Assembly (NCBI GenBank): GCA_034434835.1
Contig: DAOTXX010000019.1
Span: 21,361-85,360, forward strand
DNA: 64,000 nt
Reading direction: 5' to 3'
From: Thermoflexales bacterium
GTDB taxonomy: Bacteria; Chloroflexota; Anaerolineae; Fen-1058
Shown here piece by piece: positions 56,382 through 64,000 of this stretch (within the stretch, counting starts at the first letter, position 1; the number at the start of each line of letters is the position of its first letter). Both the position numbers and the translations under genes were made by a program. The notes under the pieces were generated by a model. It did not search any database and was not told the DNA's origin. It saw only the letters and a program-made list of their open reading frames with translations.

Positions 56382-58322
56382 ATGCCTCGAGTCGTCTTTC
56401 ACCCGGGCGGAATCGCCGTTGACGTTCCTGTCGGATCGCTGATCCAGGAGGCCGCTCGAAAAGCCGGCGTAGAGATCGGGATGCCGTGCGGTGGACAAGG
56501 CCGCTGCGGGCGCTGCGCTGTCCGGGTTGAATCTGGAGCGGTGCGTCGTCGCTCGACCCTGCGCCTCTCGGCGGCTGACGTGCAGGCCGGTTACGCGCTG
56601 GCCTGCCAGACGGTCGTGGATGGTGACGCGGTCGTCCACGTCCCGCCGCAGGAAAAGCTCGAGCGCCGCCTCACCAGCGACAAGTCTGCGGCTCAGGTCA
56701 CCCTGCCCTTCGCCTACGACTATACGCGCGACCAGACCGTGCGCACGTTCTTTGTCCGCGTGGACCCACCCTCATATGCCGACAACACCGACGATTACGC
56801 CCGGCTGTGCCGGGCGCTGGCGGCCCAGCATAACGTTCGAAACATCCGCGCGACGCTGGGGGCGCTGCAACATCTCAGCGAGGATTTGCGAGCGGCGGAC
56901 TGGGATGTGACGGCAGTGTTGGAGATGAGCAATTGGCTCTCGCCGAACGGTCCTCCCCGGCTCATCGGCGTGTTCCCCGGCTATGTCCCAGCGATGTGGG
57001 GCGTGGCAATTGACATTGGCACCACCAGCAATGTCGTGTACCTGGTCAACCTGGAAACCGGCGAGGTAGTGGACACGGCCGCCGACTATAATGCTCAGAT
57101 CAAGCGCGGCGAAGATGTCATCAGCCGCATCATCTACGCCAGTAAGGATAGCGGGCTGAGCGAGCTGCAGCAGTTGGTCGTCGGCACGCTGAACCGGCTG
57201 ATCGAGCGGCTGTGTCGCCGCCAGCAGATCGAGCCAAACGTGATTTGCAAAGCCGTCGTGGCGGGCAATACGACGATGATGCATCTGTTCCTGGCCTTGC
57301 CGCCGGAAGTGATCCGCAAAAGCCCCTTCGTGCCGACGGTCAATCATATCCCGCCGCTCGTGGCGCGCAATGTAGGATTGAACGTTCATCCTGAGGCAGC
57401 GCTCGATTGCCTGCCGGGCGTCGCCAGTTACGTCGGCGCGGACATCACGGCGGGCGTCGTCGCCAGCGGGCTGGATCGCGCCGGGGCGCTGACCATGTTC
57501 ATTGACATTGGCACGAACGGCGAGATTGTCTTGGGCGATGGCTCATGGCTGATCTCGTGCGCGTGCAGCGCCGGCCCGGCGTTCGAAGGCGCCGGGGTGC
57601 AGTTTGGGATGCGCGCCACCGCCGGGGCGATTGAAGAAGTGTGGATTGACCACCAGACGCTGGAGCCGACGATCCGCGTCATTGGGAATGAAAAGCCGCG
57701 CGGCGTTTGCGGCAGCGGGTTGATCTCGCTGCTGTCGGAAATGTTTATCACCGGCGTGATTGACCGGGGCGGCAATTTCAACCTGGCGGCCCATCACCCG
57801 CGGATCCGAGAAGGCGAACACAGCGGCGAGTACGTCGTGGTGTGGGGCGATCAGACCGCCGACGGGCGCGACATTGTCATCACCAAAGTGGACGTGGACA
57901 ACCTGGTGCGCACCAAAGCCGCCATCTACGCGGGCTTTAGCGTGCTGGCGCAAAGCGTGGGCCTCCAGCTTTCGGACGTGCAGGACTTTATCATCGCGGG
58001 CGCGTTCGGGCAGTACATCAACATCGAAAAAGCGATCCAGATCGGCCTCTTGCCGGACATGCCCTGGGAGCGATTCCGCTTCTTGGGCAACACGAGCGTG
58101 CTCGGCGCATACATGGCGTTGCTTTCGCCGCAGGCGCGGGCGCGCATCGCCGAAGCCGCCAGCAAGCTCACATACCTTGAGCTATCGGCTGACAACTCGT
58201 TCTACGATCAGTTCACGTCGGCCATGTTTTTGCCACATACGGACATTACCAGATTCCCATCCGTGCAGCAGGTCCTGAGCCTTCCCACGACCGAACAGGA
58301 CGGTTCGCGCACGACAGCCTGA
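56382..58322 (+). CDS. acsV: Reductive activator of corrinoid protein (RACo/AcsV): N-terminal 2Fe-2S ferredoxin + ASKHA ATPase (DUF4445)
   Basis: The plant-type 2Fe-2S motif is CGGQGRCGRCAV...C. An ASKHA-fold ATP-binding core follows. The protein is 646 aa. Confidence 0.82.
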   Translation: MPRVVFHPGGIAVDVPVGSLIQEAARKAGVEIGMPCGGQGRCGRCAVRVESGAVRRRSTLRLSAADVQAGYALACQTVVDGDAVVHVPPQEKLERRLTSDKSAAQVTLPFAYDYTRDQTVRTFFVRVDPPSYADNTDDYARLCRALAAQHNVRNIRATLGALQHLSEDLRAADWDVTAVLEMSNWLSPNGPPRLIGVFPGYVPAMWGVAIDIGTTSNVVYLVNLETGEVVDTAADYNAQIKRGEDVISRIIYASKDSGLSELQQLVVGTLNRLIERLCRRQQIEPNVICKAVVAGNTTMMHLFLALPPEVIRKSPFVPTVNHIPPLVARNVGLNVHPEAALDCLPGVASYVGADITAGVVASGLDRAGALTMFIDIGTNGEIVLGDGSWLISCACSAGPAFEGAGVQFGMRATAGAIEEVWIDHQTLEPTIRVIGNEKPRGVCGSGLISLLSEMFITGVIDRGGNFNLAAHHPRIREGEHSGEYVVVWGDQTADGRDIVITKVDVDNLVRTKAAIYAGFSVLAQSVGLQLSDVQDFIIAGAFGQYINIEKAIQIGLLPDMPWERFRFLGNTSVLGAYMALLSPQARARIAEAASKLTYLELSADNSFYDQFTSAMFLPHTDITRFPSVQQVLSLPTTEQDGSRTTA

Positions 58323-58344
58323 TACGCCTTAAGCGGGCGAGCGT

Positions 58345-58353
58345 GCTATAATA
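58345..58353 (+). promoter_or_regulatory. Extended -10 promoter element TGCTATAAT in the acsV-acsE spacer
   Basis: The element is a perfect TGnTATAAT. It is followed by a ~100-nt GC-rich leader containing a CCGACGG...CCGTCGG inverted repeat, then an AAAGGAG RBS. Confidence 0.35.
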
Positions 58354-58457
58354 GCGATAGCGGACTGTTCAACACGGGGCACGCCCCGCACCAGTGGCTG
58401 CCCCTCGCAGCACCGACGGGGTTTTCCCGACCCCTCCGCTCCGTCGGCAGCAAAGGA

Positions 58458-58718
58458 GTGACAGAGATGAGCGAGCAAGAGGTCGCACGGGTGACGCATT
58501 ACTTTTCCCGCCTGGGCGTCGCCGTCCTGTCCTTGACTGGCACCTTGAGCGTCGGGGACCGGGTCCACATCTACGGACACAGCACGGACTTTGAGCAGAC
58601 TGTAGACTCGATGCAGATCGAGCACAAGCCTGTGCTCAAGGTCGGCCCCGGCGACGACGTCGCGCTGAGGGTCGCAGAGCGCGTCCGCGAAGGCGACATC
58701 GTGTATCGAATCACGTGA
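58458..58718 (+). CDS. Stand-alone EF-Tu domain-2-like small beta-barrel protein
   Basis: It is 86 aa and reads VTHYFSRLGVAVLSLTGTLSVGDRVHIYGHSTDFEQTVDSMQIEHKPV...GDDVALRVAERVREGDIVY. The RBS is strong. Confidence 0.5.
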   Translation: MTEMSEQEVARVTHYFSRLGVAVLSLTGTLSVGDRVHIYGHSTDFEQTVDSMQIEHKPVLKVGPGDDVALRVAERVREGDIVYRIT

Positions 58719-58752
58719 ATCCGCAACCGCACACCCTCAAAGGAGAGCAAGC

Positions 58753-59679
58753 ATGCAAGTCATAGGCGAAAACATCCACATCATTTCCCCCAAAGTGAAG
58801 GAAGCCATTGCTAACCGTGATGGGGCTTTCTTCGTTGACCTGGCGCGGCGGCAAATGCAGGCTGGCGCGTGGGCGCTCGACCTGAACATCGGTCCGCAGA
58901 AAAAGGCCGGCCCGGAGGTGATGAGCTGGCTGGTGGACGTGATGCAAGAGGCGGTCGGCACGGACGTGCCGCTGTCACTGGACACGACCAACCTGGCCGC
59001 CATCGAAGCCGGCCTGAAAAAGATTCCCAGGGGCCTTGCCATCGTCAACTCGATCAGCGCGCAGCCCGAGCGGCTGGCAAACATCCCGCCGCTGCTGACG
59101 CAATACGGCGCGCAGGTCATTGCGCTGACGATGGCCGAGTCCGGCATCCCCGTCAGCGCCGAAGCACGCGTGAGCATTTTCCTGGAAACGCTCGCGCCCA
59201 GACTCGAAGAAGCCGGCGTCCCGCTGGAGGACGTGATCATTGACCCGCTCGCGCTGACCGTGTCCGGCTGCCAGGAGTATGTGCCCGAGTGTGTGGAGGC
59301 CGTGCGCATCCTCAAGAACGCCGGGCTGCCGTGCAAGGTGAGCGTCGGGCTTTCGAATGTCTCCAACGCCGTGCCCGCGGCCAATCGCCCGCTGCTCAAC
59401 CGTGTGTACATGGTGCAGTTGATGGCTGCCGGCCTGGACATGGCGATCGCCGATCCGCTCGATAATGACCTCAACGAGTTTATCCGCATCGTCGAGCAGC
59501 GCGACGAGTCCACACCGCTGGGCAGACTGCTCGTCACGCTCTACGATCGCACCGCGGCGATGGAAGAACTGCAGCCCGAAGATGTGGACATGAGCGATCC
59601 GCAGCAAGCCGCCATCTGGAAGACGGTCCGTGTCTTGCGCAACAAGACCATTTATGCGGACGCTTATCTCACCATCTGA
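58753..59679 (+). CDS. acsE: Methyltetrahydrofolate:corrinoid/iron-sulfur protein methyltransferase (AcsE/MeTr)
   Basis: The pterin-binding TIM barrel reads MQVIGENIHIISPKVKEAI...ALDLNIGP...SLDTTN. The protein is 308 aa. The RBS is AAAGGAGAG. Confidence 0.88.
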   Translation: MQVIGENIHIISPKVKEAIANRDGAFFVDLARRQMQAGAWALDLNIGPQKKAGPEVMSWLVDVMQEAVGTDVPLSLDTTNLAAIEAGLKKIPRGLAIVNSISAQPERLANIPPLLTQYGAQVIALTMAESGIPVSAEARVSIFLETLAPRLEEAGVPLEDVIIDPLALTVSGCQEYVPECVEAVRILKNAGLPCKVSVGLSNVSNAVPAANRPLLNRVYMVQLMAAGLDMAIADPLDNDLNEFIRIVEQRDESTPLGRLLVTLYDRTAAMEELQPEDVDMSDPQQAAIWKTVRVLRNKTIYADAYLTI

Positions 59680-59733
59680 AAGACCTCGAAGGTTTCTCAA
59701 ACCTCCGAGGTCTCGCACTCAAAGGAGAATCGT

Positions 59734-61230
59734 ATGCCAAAGGCAACTCACCAACCGACGGTGGAAGAGTTAAAAGCCAAAGCCAATCAGCCGATGATTG
59801 ACGCGCTGAATCTCCACCCATTCTACAAGGGCAAGATCGAAACGACGCTCAAGTGCGCCGTGCGCAACTTTGACGATTTCGCCATCTGGTACACCCCTGG
59901 CGTCTCCAGGCCCTGCCTGGACATCCGCGATCACCCCGAGCGCGTGTACGACCACACCAACAAATGGAACACGGTCGCCGTCGTCTCCGATGGCACGCGC
60001 GTGCTGGGCATGGGCGACATTGGCCCCAAGGCCGGCATGCCGGTCATGGAGGGCAAATCGCTGCTCTACAAGTACCTGGGCGGCGTGGATGGTTTTCCGC
60101 TGATGGTGGATAGCAAAGACCCCGAAGACATTATCCGGGTCGTCAAGCTCTTGCAGCCGGGGCTGGGCGGCGTGAACCTGGAGGACATTGCGCAGCCCAA
60201 GTGCTTTTACGTGCTCGACACCCTGCGCGCCGAGTGCGAGATCCCGGTCTGGCACGATGACCAGCAAGGCACCGCGTGCGTTACGCTGGCGGGTCTCATC
60301 AACGCGCTCAAGGTCGTCGGCAAAAAGATTGACGAGGTCAAGATCGCGTTCATTGGCGCAGGCGCGGCCAACGTCGCCATCACCCGCCTGGTCTTTGCCT
60401 ACGGTGCGACCCCGGCGCTGTGCACGATGGTGGACAGCAAAGGCATCCTGCACAAGGGCCGCGCCGACATCGAGGCGCGCAAGTCCGAGTTTGTGGACAA
60501 GTGGAAGCTGTGCAACATCACGAACGCCGAAGGTCGCACGGGTGGCATCGCCGAGGCGCTCGTCGGTGCGGATGTGTGCATTGCGCTCTCCAAGCCTGGG
60601 CCGGACACGATCCAGAAGGAATGGGTCGCCAAGATGGCCCCCCACTCCATCGTGTTTGCCTGCGCCAACCCCATCCCAGAAATGTGGCCATGGGACGCTC
60701 AAGAAGCCGGCGTGGCCGTCTTTGCCACAGGCCGCAGCGACTTTCCGAACCAGGTCAATAACAGTCTGGGCTTTCCGGGCATCTTTCGCGGCACGCTCGA
60801 CGTGCGCGCCAGGACGATCACCGACGAGATGTGCATCGCGGCTGCGGAAGAACTGGCCAGGCTGGCGGAAGAGCAAGGGCTTGACGAAGAGTACATCATG
60901 CCGACGATGGACGACGTGGACGTCTTTCCGCGCGAAGCGGCGGCGGTAGCCATGAAGGCCATCGAGCAAGGCGTGGCCGGGATCACCGATCTGACCTACG
61001 AGCAGGAATACAAGTACGCCAAAGCTTTGATCGATCGCGCGCGGGGGATGGTGCAGGATGCCATGGCCTTTGGTTACATCCAGATGCCCAAGGGCAGCCT
61101 GACGCCCAAGCCGACCCGGCAGGCCATCAAAGCTATCGCCAAGGCGACCCCAAAGCCCGCTGCCAAGGCGACCCAGAAGGCGCCCAAGCGCACCGCCAGG
61201 AAAGCGACCAAAAAGCCTGCTCGCAAGTGA
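59734..61230 (+). CDS. NAD(P)-dependent malic enzyme with ~60-aa Lys/Ala/Pro-rich C-terminal tail
   Basis: The malic enzyme core runs from FYKGKIET through the GAGAANVA Rossmann motif. The C-terminal tail reads KPTRQAIKAIAKATPKPAAKATQKAPKRTARKATKKPARK. Confidence 0.88.
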   Translation: MPKATHQPTVEELKAKANQPMIDALNLHPFYKGKIETTLKCAVRNFDDFAIWYTPGVSRPCLDIRDHPERVYDHTNKWNTVAVVSDGTRVLGMGDIGPKAGMPVMEGKSLLYKYLGGVDGFPLMVDSKDPEDIIRVVKLLQPGLGGVNLEDIAQPKCFYVLDTLRAECEIPVWHDDQQGTACVTLAGLINALKVVGKKIDEVKIAFIGAGAANVAITRLVFAYGATPALCTMVDSKGILHKGRADIEARKSEFVDKWKLCNITNAEGRTGGIAEALVGADVCIALSKPGPDTIQKEWVAKMAPHSIVFACANPIPEMWPWDAQEAGVAVFATGRSDFPNQVNNSLGFPGIFRGTLDVRARTITDEMCIAAAEELARLAEEQGLDEEYIMPTMDDVDVFPREAAAVAMKAIEQGVAGITDLTYEQEYKYAKALIDRARGMVQDAMAFGYIQMPKGSLTPKPTRQAIKAIAKATPKPAAKATQKAPKRTARKATKKPARK

Positions 61231-61271
61231 TTCGCTTGATCATTGACCATTGAGAATTGGGAGGAGCAACT

Positions 61272-62177
61272 ATGTACGATTTGATTATCCTGGGAGGAGG
61301 GCCGGCAGGCTTGACAGCAGCCGTGTACTCGATCCGCAAGCGGCTCGACATTCTGCTCGTCTCGCCCGACCTGGGCGGCAAGACCGGGATGCACCTGCAC
61401 TTGCCGGACAACCTGGAACGCTTCCAGGTCATCACGGGTGACGAGGTGGTGTCCCGCTTCAAGAGCCAGATCGAATATCTCGAATTTGCTCGCAAGCTGG
61501 AGCACGGCCAAAAGGTCGAGGCGATCGAAGGCGGCTTTCGCGTGGCGACCAAGGAAGGCAACCAGTACGAAGCCCGGGCCGTCATCGTCGCCACCGGCGC
61601 GCAACCGGTCAAGCTCAACGTTCCGGGGGAAAGCAAGTATCGCCTGCGCGGGCTGGCCTATAGCGCCGTCTCGTACGCGCCGCTGTTCATTGACCGGACC
61701 ACAGCGGTCGTGGGCGCCAGCGACCTGGGCCTGCGCAGCGCGCTAGAGCTAGCACAGATCGCGCGCCAGGTGTACCTGATCGTGCCCTCGCTGAGCGTAC
61801 TCGACAATGCTATGGGCAAAAAGATCAAGGCGTCCAAGAACGTCACCGTGCTCGACGGCTACAGCGTCAAAGAGATCAAGGGCGAAGAGACCTATGCTCG
61901 CAGCGTGGTGGTCACCAAAGGCGGCGAGGAAAAAGAGCTGCCGGTGGACGTGACGTTCGTCGAGCTAGACTTGATCCCCAACTCGGATCCGGTCGCCGGG
62001 CTGGTCAAGCTCAACGACAAGAAGCAGATCGTCGTGGACAGCAACAACCGCACCAGCCGACCGGGCATCTTTGCCGCAGGCGACGTGACAGATGTCTATG
62101 CCGAGCAAGTGCTCATCTGCATCGGCGAAGGCGCCAAAGCCGCGCTGTCGGCTTACGAATATCTGCTGTCGCTCTAG
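61272..62177 (+). CDS. Thioredoxin-reductase-like FAD flavoprotein lacking the CxxC redox disulfide (candidate TrxR-type ferredoxin:NAD(P)+ oxidoreductase)
   Basis: YDLIILGGGPAGLTAAVY is the FAD Rossmann motif. Where TrxR has CATC, this protein reads YSAVSYAPLF. The second dinucleotide motif is VVGASDLG. The ATG at 61272 is preceded by GGGAGGAG. Confidence 0.65.
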   Translation: MYDLIILGGGPAGLTAAVYSIRKRLDILLVSPDLGGKTGMHLHLPDNLERFQVITGDEVVSRFKSQIEYLEFARKLEHGQKVEAIEGGFRVATKEGNQYEARAVIVATGAQPVKLNVPGESKYRLRGLAYSAVSYAPLFIDRTTAVVGASDLGLRSALELAQIARQVYLIVPSLSVLDNAMGKKIKASKNVTVLDGYSVKEIKGEETYARSVVVTKGGEEKELPVDVTFVELDLIPNSDPVAGLVKLNDKKQIVVDSNNRTSRPGIFAAGDVTDVYAEQVLICIGEGAKAALSAYEYLLSL

Positions 62178-62244
62178 AATCTCCCTTTCCCTCCCCCGGC
62201 TTCCTTCCTTTCCCAATGTTGGGAGAGGAAGGGAGTCAGGGGGG

Positions 62245-62562
62245 ATGAGGGCGGGAGGAGGGGACGTGAAGCGTTTCGGTTTGCGTCAGGCGTTCGGCGG
62301 GGAGGGGAACCCGTCGCAAGAAGGCCTCGCCGTGGAAGGCACCGGGCTGGACGCGGTCGAGATCGGGATCACTGGCGGCTGCATCACGCTGTTGGTCCCG
62401 GCCGATCTGCCCGATAGCGCCGTGGCCCGCCTGGATCGAATGACGCGCTTTGTCCGGTGGGAGATGGACCTGGAGGACGGCTCGACGATGATCGTCACCC
62501 TGCCCGCCGGCGCCGAAGACCTGGATGTCACGATCACCAGACCCGGCGAAGGCCGGGGGTGA
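62245..62562 (+). CDS. Hypothetical small protein (105 aa)
   Basis: Third-position GC is very high, consistent with coding. A GGGAG RBS lies 9 nt upstream. No family was recognised. Confidence 0.35.
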   Translation: MRAGGGDVKRFGLRQAFGGEGNPSQEGLAVEGTGLDAVEIGITGGCITLLVPADLPDSAVARLDRMTRFVRWEMDLEDGSTMIVTLPAGAEDLDVTITRPGEGRG

Positions 62563-62589
62563 TGGCTGATTTTTGATTGCTGGTAACTA

Positions 62590-62655
62590 TTCAGGCTCTT
62601 TGCCACGAATTACACGAATTGCACGAACTTGAATCTTTTCGTGGTCATTCGTGAA
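62590..62655. repeat. Heptamer-periodic repeat (CACGAAT words + inverted TTCGTGGTCATTCGTGAAAC)
   Basis: The sequence reads CCACGAATTACACGAATTGCACGAACTTGAATCTTTTCGTGGTCATTCGTGAAAC. Confidence 0.5.
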
Positions 62656-62789
62656 ACCTGTCCTCGCGCAGGCGGGGATTCGTGGCTGAAAACCGAATAA
62701 GCTGAACAGCTACGATTTCTGATTGTAGATGGCTGGAGCGGCTGTTCAATCAGCCATCAGCCACCTGCAATCCGCCATTGGAGACTGCC

Positions 62790-63704
62790 ATGACTGCTAC
62801 CATCATTGACGGCAATGCAGTTGCTGCGGCCATCCGCAACGAAGTCAAAGCCCAAGTCGCACAACTGCGCGAAAAAGGACTCGTGCCGGGCCTGGCGACT
62901 GTGATCGTGGGCGCCCGACCAGATAGCGTCAGCTACGTCACGTCCAAACGGCGGACGTGCGAGGAGCTGGGCATTGCGTCCATCGGGCACGAGCTGCCAG
63001 AGAATGTCTCGCAAGATGAACTGCTCGCCCTCATCAAGCGATTGGGCGAGGACCCCAAGGTGCACGGCATCCTGGTGCAATTGCCGCTGCCCAAGCACAT
63101 CAACGAAGAGACTATCCTCAACGCCGTGCCGATTGACAAGGACGTGGACGGCTTTCACCCGGTCAACGTGGGCAAGCTGGGTATGAAGGGCCGCGAGCCG
63201 CTCTTTGCGCCCTGCACGCCTTCGGGCGTCATCGAGCTGCTCGACCGGGTGGGCTGCAAGATCGCCGGGAGCCGCGCGGTGGTGCTGGGGCGCAGCAACA
63301 TCGTCGGGCTGCCCGTATCGCTGTTGCTGCTGGGCCGCGACGCGACGGTGACGATCTGCCACAGCAAGACGCAAAACATCGCCGGGGTCACGCGCCAGGC
63401 CGATATTTTGGTCGCCGCAATCGGCCGGGCCAAATTCGTGACCGCCGACATGGTCAAGCCGGGCGCGTACGTGATTGACGTGGGCGTGAACGCCATCCCG
63501 GTGCTGAACCCGGACGGCACGCCGGCGATCAGCGAAAAGACGGGCAAGCCCAAGACCAGGCTCGTGGGCGACGTGGACTTTGACGCGGTCAAAGAGATCG
63601 CGACGGCGATCACGCCCGTGCCGGGCGGCGTTGGCCCGATGACGATCGCGATGCTGATGAAGAACACGCTGCGCGGCGCCATGCACGCGTTTGGGCTATT
63701 GTGA
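62790..63704 (+). CDS. folD: Bifunctional 5,10-methylene-tetrahydrofolate dehydrogenase / methenyl-THF cyclohydrolase
   Basis: The start MTATIIDGNAVAAAIR, preceded by GGAG, is used; a TTG at 62778 is an alternative. The PGGVGPMT and GRSNIVG motifs are present. Confidence 0.88.
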   Translation: MTATIIDGNAVAAAIRNEVKAQVAQLREKGLVPGLATVIVGARPDSVSYVTSKRRTCEELGIASIGHELPENVSQDELLALIKRLGEDPKVHGILVQLPLPKHINEETILNAVPIDKDVDGFHPVNVGKLGMKGREPLFAPCTPSGVIELLDRVGCKIAGSRAVVLGRSNIVGLPVSLLLLGRDATVTICHSKTQNIAGVTRQADILVAAIGRAKFVTADMVKPGAYVIDVGVNAIPVLNPDGTPAISEKTGKPKTRLVGDVDFDAVKEIATAITPVPGGVGPMTIAMLMKNTLRGAMHAFGLL

Positions 63705-63752
63705 TTTTGGATTTTCGATTGCGGATTACGCAACAGCAACGCCTCTGCTCAG

Positions 63753-63790
63753 GCCCCCGGTGTCTCTTGGATGCCGGGGGCTTTGACATT
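63753..63790 (+). terminator. Rho-independent terminator after folD (GCCCCCGG-...-CCGGGGGC + TTTGACATTT)
   Basis: An 8-bp GC stem lies 48 nt after the folD stop. Further perfect hairpins follow at 63817-63838 and 63905-63926. Confidence 0.45.
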
Positions 63791-64000
63791 TGCTTCCAGG
63801 TGACATACAATTCAAACGGGCGTGACCAAAATCAGTTGGTCACACTGTAGGGGGAAGGCCCATGGGTGTCAACTTGAGGCTGGAGTGCAGGCTTCAGCCT
63901 GCATAAAACGCGGCCTGAAGGCCGCACTCCGGGGCTAAAGTTTACACCAATGGGGCAAGGCCTATCTCCCTCTTTAGGGGGTGCGCCCGCCCCATGCAGG

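Noticed and set aside
56382-58322. Alternative annotation of the 646-aa protein as a generic ferredoxin or hydantoinase-type ASKHA ATPase
   Set aside because: The combination of an N-terminal plant-type 2Fe-2S domain plus a DUF4445-type ASKHA domain, located between acsC and acsE, matches the RACo/AcsV architecture specifically.

Overview
This is a high-GC (roughly 60-65% by eye) bacterial chromosomal window that reads as densely coding on both strands. The gene content suggests an anaerobic, possibly Chloroflexota-like organism; that lineage call is inference only. The left two thirds (1-43.4 kb) is a mix of housekeeping and accessory genes. Named genes here include surE, xseAB, two-subunit 2-oxoacid:ferredoxin oxidoreductase genes (symbols korAB are tentative), degV, ilvE, iorAB, mobB and a DarA-type c-di-AMP receptor. 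Also present are a LysM/M23 peptidase, a GAF histidine kinase, one tRNA-Val(CAC), and a radical-SAM/nitroreductase/ABC-2 exporter cluster. A Tat-exported DUF362 protein sits next to a membrane polyferredoxin. Several large secreted proteins occur, including a 1038-aa zinc metalloprotease with a proprotein-convertase P-domain.

The right third (43.5-63.7 kb) is a Wood-Ljungdahl (reductive acetyl-CoA) gene cluster. Its order is fhs, an HMA-like HH-motif protein, cooS/acsA, acsB, a low-GC insertion, acsD, a small ferritin-like protein, nfu, acsC, a nucleotidyltransferase pair, a small Cys protein, RACo/acsV, an EF-Tu-domain-like small protein, acsE, malic enzyme, a TrxR-type flavoprotein lacking CxxC, and folD.

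Five features stand out as unusual:
- An AT-rich ~2 kb insertion carrying two secreted proteins of unknown function splits acsB from acsD.
- A toxin-antitoxin-like nucleotidyltransferase module lies between acsC and acsV.
- The cluster has no CooC/AcsF ATPase; an HMA-fold protein with His-His replacing CxxC is a candidate substitute.
- Formate-THF ligase carries an N-terminal histone-H1-like Lys/Ala-rich tail, and malic enzyme a C-terminal one.
- The genome-specific intergenic repeat repertoire is striking: heptamer-periodic hairpins, a MITE-like element with GTCATTGCGAG terminal inverted repeats, multi-hairpin arrays, and a recurring CCTCCCGCAGGTT inverted repeat.

A short hydrophobic motif, Y-L-P-[VLI]-[VI]-[MLF]-[RKN], recurs at or near the termini of four secreted proteins. 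I found no CRISPR array, transposase or integrase. For minus-strand and trimmed genes I used the ORF-track numbering, because my manual base count disagreed with it by one around 35.2-35.4 kb. No GenBank/Pfam/Rfam/BLAST look-ups or folding could be run; where a feature's evidence names a Pfam family, that is recalled from the sequence pattern, not a search hit.
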